A stretch of DNA of 64,000 bases from positions 38,087 through 102,086 of the forward strand of contig CASFHP010000002.1 of assembly GCA_949294555.1 (NCBI GenBank), given 5' to 3'. This DNA is from an uncultured Eubacteriales bacterium. GTDB lineage: Bacteria > Bacillota > Clostridia > TANB77 > CAG-508. The position numbers were made by a program, and so were the translations under genes. Shown here piece after piece: positions 49,091 through 59,004 of this stretch. The notes under the pieces were generated by a model. That model saw only the letters and a program-made list of their open reading frames with translations, made no database searches and was not told the DNA's origin. Numbering within the stretch: position 1 is the first letter of the stretch; each line of letters opens with the position of its first letter.

Positions 49091-51331
49091 ATGAAAAAAG
49101 TATTATTGAAAATTGATGGAATGACTTGTAGTGCATGTTCTAATGGTCTAGAAAAATACTTGAATAAACAAGAAGGCATTAAACAAGCCTCTGTCAATCT
49201 TGTCATGAATAATGCTAGTATTGAGTATGATGAAAAAATATTAGATATTCCACAAATTGAAAAATTTATAGAAAAGGCAGGTTTTGAAAGTTTAGGAATT
49301 GACAAATTAGAAAAGGAAAAAAAGAAAGTTTCAAACGAAAAATATAAACTAATTGCACTAACAATACTAGCCATTTTGATTTTATATATTTCCATGGGAC
49401 AAATGGTAGGATTACCGATTTTTGAAATTCTAAATATGCATCATAATCCAACATATTTTGCAGTTGTGCAATTCGTGTTGTCTATGATTGCTATCGTTTT
49501 AGGAAAGGATATTCTTAAAAATGGATATAAAAATTTAGTACACAAAACACCAAACATGGATACTTTAGTAGGTTTGGGTGTTATTAGTAGTTTATTATAT
49601 AGTTTGTATAATACGTATTTAATCTTTACAGGAGATACAGAAGCCGTCCATCATTTATATTATGAATCCATTGTCATTATCCTCTTCTTTATAAAAATTG
49701 GAAAATATGTAGAAGGAAGAAATAAAGACAAAACCAAAGAAGCTATACAAGATTTGATGATGATTACACCAAACCTAGCAACAATTGAAAAAGATGGTAA
49801 GCAAAAGCAAGTAACATTAGATGAAATCCAAAAAGGAGACATTGTTATTTGCAAACCAGGAGAAAAAATTGCAGTAGATGGAGAAATATTAGATGGAACA
49901 ACACATATAGATGAATCATTTATTACAGGAGAAAGTGTACCAGTAAAGAAAACGGTAAATGACAAAGTTATTGCAGGTAGTATCAACTATGATGGGGTTA
50001 TCAAATATAAAGCAGAAAAAATCGGAAAAGAATCCACTGTATCTGAAATTGTTAGAATGGTAGTAGAAGCAACAAATACCAAGGCACCTATTGCTAAAAT
50101 TGCCGACACCATTAGTGGATATTTTGTACCAGCTATTATCATAATTGCTGTGCTTGCAAGTATTGTATGGGCTATTTTAGGAAAAGACATTGGTTTTATC
50201 ATCAATATTTTTATAACCGTATTAGTTGTAGCATGCCCTTGTAGTTTGGGATTGGCTACACCACTTGCTATTGTGATGGCATCAGGGTTAGCTAGTAGAA
50301 ATGGAATATTGGTAAAATCAAGTGAAAGTTTAGAAAATGCACATAAAATCAGAACCATTGTGTTTGATAAGACAGGAACATTAACAAAAGGACATTTAAG
50401 TATATCCAAAATATTTAATTATTCCGAATTAAAAGAAGAAGAAATCATAGAAGCAGTTGCCAATATAGAAAACCATTCTGAACACCCAATTGCAAGAGGA
50501 ATTGTCAAATATGCAGAAGAAAAGAATTTACCAATAAATTCTGAAAAAGTAGCAGATTTTAAAAATATTGCTGGATATGGAATAGAAGCAAATTTTGATG
50601 GGGCAAATTATCTTATTGGAAATAAAAAATTGATGTTAGAAAACAATATTGATATTAATAAAACGATAAAAGAAAATGAAATGAATGATGACGAAACATT
50701 AGAAAATGACGGAAATAGCATTTTATTTGTAGCAAAAGAACATACACTAATTGCTTTAATTGGTGTAAAAGACATTATCAAAGAAAATGCAAAAGAAGTT
50801 ATCGATAAACTAAAAAAACAAAATATCCAAACAGTTATGCTAACAGGAGATAATGAAAAAACAGCAAAAGCAATTGGAAAAAGCATTGGGATAGAAACTG
50901 TAATAGCAGGTGTTGTGCCAAAGCAAAAAGCAGAAGAAATCACAAAACTAAAAGAAAATGGATTGGTAATGATGTGTGGAGATGGTATTAATGATAGTAT
51001 CAGTTTGGTAAAAGCAGATATTGGGGTTTCTGTTGGAAGTGGTACAGATATTGCTATGGATAGTAGTGATGTTGTTTTAATGAAAGACAATTTAGAAAAA
51101 ATTAATGATTTAATAACAATTAGCAAAAAAACAATGCGTATCATTAGGCAAAACTTATTCTGGGCATTTTTCTATAATATTTGTATGATTCCAATTGCAG
51201 CAGGAATTTTAATACCATTAGGAATAACTATGAACCCTATGTTTGCAGCATTTAGCATGACAATTAGTAGTGTTACAGTTACACTAAATAGTTTAAGATT
51301 AAAAGATTTGCCGACGCGAAAAATTGCATAG
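49091..51331 (+). CDS. copA: Copper-translocating P1B-type ATPase CopA
   Basis: The N-terminal HMA motif MTCSAC, the TM CPC motif (ACPCSLG), DKTGTLT, and GDGINDS. Confidence 0.9.
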   Translation: MKKVLLKIDGMTCSACSNGLEKYLNKQEGIKQASVNLVMNNASIEYDEKILDIPQIEKFIEKAGFESLGIDKLEKEKKKVSNEKYKLIALTILAILILYISMGQMVGLPIFEILNMHHNPTYFAVVQFVLSMIAIVLGKDILKNGYKNLVHKTPNMDTLVGLGVISSLLYSLYNTYLIFTGDTEAVHHLYYESIVIILFFIKIGKYVEGRNKDKTKEAIQDLMMITPNLATIEKDGKQKQVTLDEIQKGDIVICKPGEKIAVDGEILDGTTHIDESFITGESVPVKKTVNDKVIAGSINYDGVIKYKAEKIGKESTVSEIVRMVVEATNTKAPIAKIADTISGYFVPAIIIIAVLASIVWAILGKDIGFIINIFITVLVVACPCSLGLATPLAIVMASGLASRNGILVKSSESLENAHKIRTIVFDKTGTLTKGHLSISKIFNYSELKEEEIIEAVANIENHSEHPIARGIVKYAEEKNLPINSEKVADFKNIAGYGIEANFDGANYLIGNKKLMLENNIDINKTIKENEMNDDETLENDGNSILFVAKEHTLIALIGVKDIIKENAKEVIDKLKKQNIQTVMLTGDNEKTAKAIGKSIGIETVIAGVVPKQKAEEITKLKENGLVMMCGDGINDSISLVKADIGVSVGSGTDIAMDSSDVVLMKDNLEKINDLITISKKTMRIIRQNLFWAFFYNICMIPIAAGILIPLGITMNPMFAAFSMTISSVTVTLNSLRLKDLPTRKIA

Positions 51332-51355
51332 CAATTTTTCTGTGCAACCTTGCTC

Positions 51356-51387
51356 TTAATTGAATAGGAAATTTCCTATTCAATTAA
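51356..51387. repeat. Palindromic family member 5 (TTAATTGAATAGGAAATTTCCTATTCAATTAA, perfect), between the copA stop and its terminator
   Basis: A perfect 32-bp palindrome, followed by the terminator hairpin AAGACCTCTTCTAAAAGAGGTCTT. Confidence 0.55.
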
Positions 51388-51597
51388 GATAAGACCTCTT
51401 CTAAAAGAGGTCTTAAAACGTCTATAAACGAAATAACGAAAACATTTAATAGAAATTAAATGTAGTAATAGTATATGTATATTTAAAAAAATTATACAAT
51501 AATAATTTCAAATTTAATAAAAAACCAAAAATGTATTGCCAAATATGAATTATATTGATAAGATATATGTATATTTGAAAAGAGGGGGAATTTTTAT

Positions 51598-52296
51598 ATG
51601 AAAAAAGCAGTTATTGGCGTGATTATAGCAATCGTACTTGTTATTGCTATAGGAATTGGAATTTTAGTTGTTAATGACTTTAAACAAGAAGATATTTTAA
51701 GACAAGAAATGTTAGAATTTGAAAATTTAACACGTGCAGAAAACATTGATTTAGACCAAATTGACCAAAGAATACGTGAATTAAAAACAACGGGAGATTA
51801 TGGCGTTTTAGAAAAAGCAATGAAAGATTATTTAGCAGATGTGGTAAATGTATCTGTTGATATTGCAAATATTTTAAATGATGAAAGAATTGTAAATGCA
51901 TTAACACCAGAAAATTATCAAGAAGATGGACCAGATTTTGTACAAACAAAACAATTTTTAGAGGAAGCAAAAACAAATTTAGAGCAATATAAAAGTGAAG
52001 TGTTGCAATTATTAACAAATGAAGGAGCTATGTCATATATAGAAAACAAAAATCTAGATGATTATTACATCGATTTATATAAAGAGATTGCTTTATCAGA
52101 AGATACAGCATTAGAGGAAGATAATGCAGAAATAGAAGCTTCATTAGAAGAAGCGACAAGAATATTAGATATTGAATCACAAGTTATCAATTTACTTTCA
52201 GAAAATCAAAATAGCTGGGAGATTGATGAAGATACAATTGTGTTCAATAATGCAACATTACAAAATCAATATAATGATTTAGTAGGGCAAATTTAG
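51598..52296 (+). CDS. Hypothetical N-terminally anchored acidic coiled-coil protein
   Basis: A signal-anchor (MKKAVIGVIIAIVLVIAIGIGILVV) followed by a helical region. Confidence 0.4.
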   Translation: MKKAVIGVIIAIVLVIAIGIGILVVNDFKQEDILRQEMLEFENLTRAENIDLDQIDQRIRELKTTGDYGVLEKAMKDYLADVVNVSVDIANILNDERIVNALTPENYQEDGPDFVQTKQFLEEAKTNLEQYKSEVLQLLTNEGAMSYIENKNLDDYYIDLYKEIALSEDTALEEDNAEIEASLEEATRILDIESQVINLLSENQNSWEIDEDTIVFNNATLQNQYNDLVGQI

Positions 52297-52412
52297 GAAC
52301 AAAATATTTCAGTTTAGCAAAAATCAAATATTACAATTCACTGTTAAAAATTTATCTGATTAACCGAAAGAGTTGCATTATCCTATAATTTTAGGATAAT
52401 ACAACTCTTTCA

Positions 52413-52439
52413 CATTATAAGAAATTGTATTTCCTATAG
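52413..52439. repeat. Palindromic family member 6 (CATTATAAGAAATTGTATTTCCTATAG), after the terminator at 52367-52410
   Basis: An imperfect inverted repeat. The preceding terminator stem itself contains ATTATCCTATAAT/ATTATAGGATAAT. Confidence 0.45.
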
Positions 52440-52513
52440 AATAAAAAAATTGCTTGCAGCGAGTATTGATTATGCTAATACTTTTTGATAATATAGGGAA
52501 TAATAAGTAAAAA

Positions 52514-53086
52514 ATGAAAGGAAGGAAAATGATGACAGAAAAAGAAAAAAGAGATAAAGGAGAATTATACAATTTAGCAAATGATGAAGAATTGACTTTG
52601 GAAATGAGAAAATGTAAATTATTGTGTTACGAATATAATCATATTTCTCCAGACAAAATGGAAGAAAGAAAAGAATTTCTAAAGAAAATACTAGGAAGTA
52701 CAGGAGAGAATTTACAAGTAGAATCTAACTTTTATTGTGATTATGGATATAACACCCATGTAGGAGAAAATTTTTATGTAAATCATAATTGTGTCATATT
52801 AGATGTAGCAAAGGTAGAATTTGGAGACAATGTCTTTATTGGACCAAACTGTGGATTTTACACAGCAGGACATCCATTAGATATAGAAACAAGAAATCAA
52901 GGATTAGAATTTGGAAAACCAATTAAAGTTGGAAACAATGTATGGATTGGCGGAAATGTTGTGGTATTGCCAGGTGTAACAATTGGAGATAATGTAACCA
53001 TTGGTGCTGGCAGTGTTGTAACAAAAGATATACCATCAAATACAGTAGCACATGGAAATCCTTGTAGAGTTATAAAACAAATATAA
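52514..53086 (+). CDS. Hexapeptide-repeat sugar O-acetyltransferase (maltose/galactoside O-acetyltransferase-like)
   Basis: A left-handed beta-helix with hexapeptide repeats (VGNNVWIGGNVVVLPGVTIGDNVTIGAGSVV) and a Mac N-terminal domain. Confidence 0.75.
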   Translation: MKGRKMMTEKEKRDKGELYNLANDEELTLEMRKCKLLCYEYNHISPDKMEERKEFLKKILGSTGENLQVESNFYCDYGYNTHVGENFYVNHNCVILDVAKVEFGDNVFIGPNCGFYTAGHPLDIETRNQGLEFGKPIKVGNNVWIGGNVVVLPGVTIGDNVTIGAGSVVTKDIPSNTVAHGNPCRVIKQI

Positions 53087-53189
53087 GAGAAAAATTTATT
53101 TTTTTCTCTTTTTTTCTTGACAATATTTATACCTAGATATACAATGTATAAAAATACATAGATAATTTAGGTATAAAGGAGGTGAAAAT

Positions 53190-53528
53190 ATGAAAATAGA
53201 TAAAGAATTATTAAAAGGAAGTACAACTATGTTAATTTTAAACTTATTGAAACAAGAAGATATGTATGGATATCAAATGATTAAAAAGTTAAAAGAAACA
53301 TCAGAAAATGTTTTTGAACTAAAAGAAGGAACTTTGTATCCTATATTACATACTTTGGAAGAAAAAGGATATATCAGATCATATTGGGATGAATCAGCTA
53401 GCAAAAAAAGAAAATATTATTCCATAACCAAAAAGGGAAAAGATGTCTTAAAAGAAAAAGAAACCGAATGGAAGATTTTCAGTAATGGTGTAAATAAAGT
53501 ATTAGGGGGTGTTTCATTTGCAAATTAA
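53190..53528 (+). CDS. PadR-family transcriptional regulator
   Basis: A winged HTH (MYGYQMIKKLKETSENVFELKEGTLYPILHTLEEKGYI). Confidence 0.8.
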   Translation: MKIDKELLKGSTTMLILNLLKQEDMYGYQMIKKLKETSENVFELKEGTLYPILHTLEEKGYIRSYWDESASKKRKYYSITKKGKDVLKEKETEWKIFSNGVNKVLGGVSFAN

Positions 53529-54930
53529 AGACTTTTTGGATAAAGTATGCAATGAAATTAAATACGAACCAATTAGAAAAGAAATTGGTCAAGAGTTAGA
53601 AAATCATATAGAAGAAGCAAAAGAAGAATTTATAAAAAAAGGAGAAAGTGAAGAAGTGGCTATTGATAAAGCCATTCAGGAAATGGGCGATGCCCAAAAT
53701 TTAGGAAAACAATTAAATAAAATTCACAAACCAAAATTAGATTATAAATTATTAATATTATTAGTAATTTTGTTATGTTTTACATTTTTAGTCGCATGCA
53801 TAAAAACAAGTACACATCTATTTTCAATAGGGGAAACACCATTTTTTGTTAAAACAATCATATTTCTAATAATAGGTTTTGTACTAGGAGCGGTAATATA
53901 TTTTATGGACTATACGAAAATTGCAAAATATTCAAACTATATATATGTACTTGCTTCTGTATTAGTTATTTATGCAGTATCATTTAGCAATTACCAAGTA
54001 AATGGTATCCCTCATATAAATATAGGAAACATATTTACGATTTCGGTTAATACTGTATCTATGCCATTATTTTTAATTGCTTTTATAGGATTTATGCAAG
54101 ATTTTGGAAAACATAAATTAGAAATTAGTATTGCAAGCATAAAAACAATATCCATAGATAAAAATTTGATAAAAATCATTATCCTAAGTGTATTTTCTCT
54201 AATGTTATTAATGACCATTCCATCAATGACATCTGCATTTGTCTTGGGAATATCTTATTTTATTATTGCTAACATTTATATAGCTAAAAAGAGTAAGAAT
54301 AAAGTTTTAAATATGTTAAAACTATGGATAGTGCCATGTGTTTTTGGAATAATCGTTATTACAATATGCATTTTGGAACCATATAGATTAGATAGAATCA
54401 TGTTATCATTTTATCCAGAACTTGACCCAGCAGGAGGTGGCTGGACTGGTATTAATAAAGAAATAATTATCAATTCTGCAAATCTATTTGGCGAAGCAGA
54501 TGATATGAGTAATGCAATAGAATTATTTGATGAAGGAACGTCAGAAGCATTTATCAGTATCTTAGCACATTGTGGCTGGGTAGTTGCCAGTTTGCTTGTT
54601 ATAACGATTATCTTAATTTCTGTAAAACTTATTATAAATTCTATCAAAGTTAAAGACAGCTATGGCAAAATGTTAATCATTGGAATTTCTTGCTTATTTA
54701 TTTTACAAAGTGTATTTAATGTTTTGATGAACTTAAATTTATGGATTGAAGCAAGTTTTGAATTACCTTTTGTTTCTTATGGCGGAACAGGATTAATTAT
54801 AAATATGATGTGTTTAGCTCTGGTGCTATCAGTATATAGAAGAAAAGATATTTTGATAAATACACAAAATACCGAAGATACCGAAGACACAGAAGAAAAG
54901 AAAAAGGTTTTTTCGATAAAAATTACTTAA
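53518..54930 (+). CDS. Fusion protein: N-terminal DUF1700-like (PadR-associated) domain plus a polytopic SEDS-like (FtsW/RodA/SpoVE-like) membrane domain, possibly degenerate
   Basis: The N-terminal roughly 70 aa (FLDKV...IEEAKEEFIKKGESEEVAIDKAIQEMGDAQNLGKQL) fits the DUF1700 pattern. The C-terminal motifs GGGWTGINKE...SEAFISIL and ELPFVSYGGTGLII resemble SEDS signatures (GxGxGxS...DFIF and LPFISYGGSS). The probable start is a TTG at about 53518, after the RBS AGGGGG. Confidence 0.5.
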   Translation: MQIKDFLDKVCNEIKYEPIRKEIGQELENHIEEAKEEFIKKGESEEVAIDKAIQEMGDAQNLGKQLNKIHKPKLDYKLLILLVILLCFTFLVACIKTSTHLFSIGETPFFVKTIIFLIIGFVLGAVIYFMDYTKIAKYSNYIYVLASVLVIYAVSFSNYQVNGIPHINIGNIFTISVNTVSMPLFLIAFIGFMQDFGKHKLEISIASIKTISIDKNLIKIIILSVFSLMLLMTIPSMTSAFVLGISYFIIANIYIAKKSKNKVLNMLKLWIVPCVFGIIVITICILEPYRLDRIMLSFYPELDPAGGGWTGINKEIIINSANLFGEADDMSNAIELFDEGTSEAFISILAHCGWVVASLLVITIILISVKLIINSIKVKDSYGKMLIIGISCLFILQSVFNVLMNLNLWIEASFELPFVSYGGTGLIINMMCLALVLSVYRRKDILINTQNTEDTEDTEEKKKVFSIKIT

Positions 54931-55066
54931 AATAATATATTTTTCTTATATGTATGTAACCTTTTTATTAAATCTGGTAATATAAAAATGGAAAATAATG
55001 TTGTTGCAGATAACTATAAATCCATGTTAAAATACAGGTAGTTAAAATAAAAGGGAAAATAATGAT

Positions 55067-55906
55067 ATGAAAGAAATAAAAGAAAATGAAATTAAAAATA
55101 TAATAAATACAAGTATATGTATATTATTAAGTATATTAATTGTTTTGGTTTTAGCCATTGTATATAAATATGTTACATATCAAAAAGAAGTACAAGCCTC
55201 ATTAGAAGTTAGTGCAAATGTAGAAGAATTATATAATGCAACAAATATAGAGCAATCAGATAAAAAAGAAGAGGAAAATGCAAAGAAAAAAGAGATAGAT
55301 AGCAATACCTCTGATTGGGAATTAGTATTAGTCAACAAAGAACATAAAATTCCAGAAGGATATACTGTAGAACTAGAAAAAGTAGAAACAACTCACAAAA
55401 TAGATAAAAGAGTTGCAGAGGCTTTAAAACAAATGTTAAGTGATGCAAGAAAAGAAGGATTATCACCTATCATATGCTCAAGCTATAGGACAAGGGAGAA
55501 ACAGACACAATTATATAATAATAAAGTAAAAGAATATAAAAGATTTGGATATAGTTCTGATGAGGCAAAAAATCTAGCGTCTTACTGGGTGGCAATTCCT
55601 GGAACAGGAGAACATGAAACAGGATTAGCAGTAGACATTGTTTCTAAAAAATATCAAATATTAGATGAAAAACAAGAAGAAACAGATGTACAAAAATGGT
55701 TAATGGAAAATTCATATAAGTATGGATTTACTTTACGATATCCAACAGACAAAAAAGAGATTACTATGATAAATTATGAACCATGGCATTATAGATATGT
55801 AGGGATAGATAATGCAACTTATATGAAGGAACATGATATGTGCTTAGAAGAATATATTGATTATTTAAAACAATTTGAAGAAGAGGAATATAAGGAACTT
55901 GTTTAA
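55067..55906 (+). CDS. VanY-family D-alanyl-D-alanine carboxypeptidase (peptidase M15B)
   Basis: The Zn ligands SxHxxGxAxD (GEHETGLAVD) and EPWHYRYVG, plus an N-terminal membrane anchor. Confidence 0.75.
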   Translation: MKEIKENEIKNIINTSICILLSILIVLVLAIVYKYVTYQKEVQASLEVSANVEELYNATNIEQSDKKEEENAKKKEIDSNTSDWELVLVNKEHKIPEGYTVELEKVETTHKIDKRVAEALKQMLSDARKEGLSPIICSSYRTREKQTQLYNNKVKEYKRFGYSSDEAKNLASYWVAIPGTGEHETGLAVDIVSKKYQILDEKQEETDVQKWLMENSYKYGFTLRYPTDKKEITMINYEPWHYRYVGIDNATYMKEHDMCLEEYIDYLKQFEEEEYKELV

Positions 55907-56018
55907 TTTTTTATATATGATAAAAGGTACAGTAAAATATATTATTGTACTTTTTTGTTGTAAACTGAAAGTTCTTGTGATAAAATTTCTTTGAAATAAA
56001 AATAGATAAGGTGATTTT

Positions 56019-57171
56019 ATGGAAAAAAATAAGATAGTTTTACCAGATTACGAGAATAGTATATTAAATCTAATAAATTCTATCTTAAAATATTATCATG
56101 TAAATACAAAATATAAAGGACTTGATATATTAGATGAAACATTGCAAAAGGAATATCAAAATATTGTATTAATTGTTTTAGACGGTATGGGAGAACATAT
56201 TATAAATTATATTTCTCCAAATGGATTTTTTAAGAAAAATCACAAGAGGAAAATAACTTCTGTATACCCTTCCACAACCACAGCAGCAATGACCACCTAT
56301 TATTCTGGAAAACCACCTATTGAAACTCGGTTGGATAGCCTGGTCTCAATATTTTAAAGAATATGGTCGTAGTATGGATGTTTTTCCAAATTATGATTCC
56401 TATACAGGAGAAGTCTATAAAAATGCTAAAATTGATATATATGAATTGATAAAGTATGTTTCTATATATGAACAAATAGAAAAAACATCAACAGATGTTA
56501 AAGCTTATGAAATCAATCCTTCTCATTGTATGTCAAGAAGTAATCGAAATATCAATGCAGATACAATTGATATTTTGTGTGATTCCATAGAGGCAATATG
56601 TAAAAATACAGATAAAAACTTTATTCTAGCATATAATGATATTCCAGATACATTATTACATAAATATGGTTGTAAATCTAATGAAATAAAAGAGTTTATT
56701 TTAGATACAGAAAAGAAAATAGAAAATCTATATAACAACTTACAAGGAACAAACACATTATTAATCGTTTCAGCAGACCATGGTCACAAAGATATCGAAA
56801 CAGTATATGATATTCAAAACATGGAAGATATCCAAGAATGTTTAATCATGCCACCTAGTCTAGAATCTAGATGTACAGCTTTTTGGGTTAAAGAAGAAAA
56901 AAAGAAGCAGTTTGAACAGATATTTAAAGAAAATTTTGGAACAGAATTTTTATTATATACAAAAGAAGAATTTTTAGAAATGAATATGCTAGGATTTGGA
57001 AACAAACATAAAAAAGTAGATGATTTTATAGGAAATTATATTTCTGTATCGACTGGAAGTGCAATTTTAAAATTAGGAACATGTATAAGCAAAGAAAAAA
57101 ACGAAAAGAAATCGACACATTGTGGTTTATCTCCAGAAGAAATGGAGGTTCCATTAATTGTTATGTATTAG
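56019..57171 (+). pseudogene. Alkaline-phosphatase-superfamily (nucleotide pyrophosphatase/phosphodiesterase-like) protein split by a frameshift near 56330
   Basis: The N-terminal piece has VLDGMGEH...SVYPSTTTAAMT, and the C-terminal piece has LLIVSADHGH. The two ORFs overlap out of frame between 56320 and 56357. Confidence 0.5.
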
Positions 57172-57244
57172 GTAGTCATATTAATTCCCTAATATATAAC
57201 AATACACAGAATATAAACAAAAATAATATTAGAAAGGTATAAAA

Positions 57245-58057
57245 ATGTATAAAATTATTTTTATTGATATAGACGGAACATTAAGGAACGATAAGAAAGA
57301 AATAACCAGTAGAACAAAAGAAGCCATACAGCGAATTGTCGAAAAAGGCATACAAGTGGTAATTTGTTCAGGAAGACGTAGAAAATATACAGAAGAGGTA
57401 AGTAAAGAAGCATTGGCAAGCAAATATGTTATTGTATGTAATGGTGGAGAAATATATGATTATGAGAAAAAAGAGGTCATATACCAAAATAAATTAGAAA
57501 ATGAAACAATGATAACATTATATCACATGGCTGAAAAATACGATGTACAATTGGCTATCAATGCTGAAGGAGATAGAATTGTAAAGGACCCAACAAATAT
57601 TCCATCAAACATCATGTTACAGGAGCCAATAGAGAAGTTTGTTAAGAAGAATGCTATAACACAATGTATTTTCTCAAGTGCATCATTAGAGAAAATAAAA
57701 AAGATTAAAGAAGAGGTAAATCTGCTAGAAAATGTAGAAATTGCAAACTCATCTAAATGTTTAGTAGACAGTAGACTTCCACAAGAACAACCATTTTTCT
57801 TAGATATTGCTTCTAAAGGTACAAGTAAGGGAAATGCGATAAAAAAGCTATGTGAGCATTTAAAAATAGATTTAGAAGACACTGTTGCAATAGGGGATAG
57901 TTATAATGATTTAACAATGTTTGAAGTAGTTGGACATCGTGTAGTTATGGGAAATGCACCAGAAGATATAAAGGAAGTTGCTGATGAGGTTACTGATACG
58001 AATAATAATGATGGTGTGGCTAAATTTTTAGAAAAAATATATAGGGAATATATTTAA
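57245..58057 (+). CDS. Cof-type HAD-IIB family hydrolase
   Basis: FIDIDGTL..., GDSYNDLTMF, and a size of about 270 aa. Confidence 0.8.
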   Translation: MYKIIFIDIDGTLRNDKKEITSRTKEAIQRIVEKGIQVVICSGRRRKYTEEVSKEALASKYVIVCNGGEIYDYEKKEVIYQNKLENETMITLYHMAEKYDVQLAINAEGDRIVKDPTNIPSNIMLQEPIEKFVKKNAITQCIFSSASLEKIKKIKEEVNLLENVEIANSSKCLVDSRLPQEQPFFLDIASKGTSKGNAIKKLCEHLKIDLEDTVAIGDSYNDLTMFEVVGHRVVMGNAPEDIKEVADEVTDTNNNDGVAKFLEKIYREYI

Positions 58058-58134
58058 GAAATTTACTATAATCAGCAGTAACAAAACAAAATTATAATCC
58101 ATAAAATATATAAAAATGAAAGGAGAATATCATT

Positions 58135-58826
58135 ATGGATTATGAATTAATGATGAATGGAAATGTCAAAATCGGACAACGAGCACCAGAATTTGAAGCA
58201 AATACCACTATGGGAAAAATCTCATTAAATGATTATACACGGAAAATGGCTAGTATTATTTTCTCATCCACGGAGATTTCACACCAGTTTGCACAACGGA
58301 GATGATTGCATTTACAAGAGCACATACATATTTTCAACAGCTAAATACAGAACTATTAGGTTTAAGTGTAGATAGTAATTCTTCTCATTTAGCATGGGTA
58401 TATGACATATATTGTAAAACAGGAATAAAAATATCATTCCCAATTATTGCTGATAGAAATGGGGAAATTGCCAGAAGATATGGCATGATTTCAAGTGATA
58501 TCAGTAATACGGAAACCGTTAGAAATGTCTATATTATAGATGATAAAGGAATTATTAGAACAATTTTAATTTATCCAATGAATGTAGGAAGATTTATTCC
58601 AGAAATTATAAGAGTTGTGCAAGCATTACAAATGACGGACTGTGCAAATGGTTCTACTGCTGCAAATTGGATTCCAAATCAACCAGTGATTGTTCCGCCA
58701 CCTAAAACATATGAAGAATTAACGGAACGAGTAAGTGATATAGAAAATAATAGAAATGGAATTAGTTGGTATTTAAGCTTTAAAGAACCACCTGAGAATT
58801 GTATAAATGATACAGGTGATACATAG
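58135..58826 (+). pseudogene. Peroxiredoxin (Prx6/1-Cys-type AhpC/TSA family) disrupted by frameshift(s) around 58245-58285
   Basis: The N-terminus MDYELMMNGNVKIGQRAPEFEANTTMGKISLNDY is in one frame. WLVLFSHP is visible in a second frame. The track ORF 58302..58826 starts mid-domain at (PVCTTE)MIAFT. Confidence 0.55.
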
Positions 58827-59004
58827 TTATTAAAAAGTTCTTTGAAAAAATGTGTAAAATATAAAAAAAGTCGTTTGAAAAAATGTAAAAAAGTCATAAA
58901 AGTCGTTTGATTTTTTGTAATAGTGCATACAATTTTAAAAAATTCGCATAATAATAGTATGAACGAAAAAACAAGTTCATATACAAATTTTTGGAGGTAA
59001 GAAA

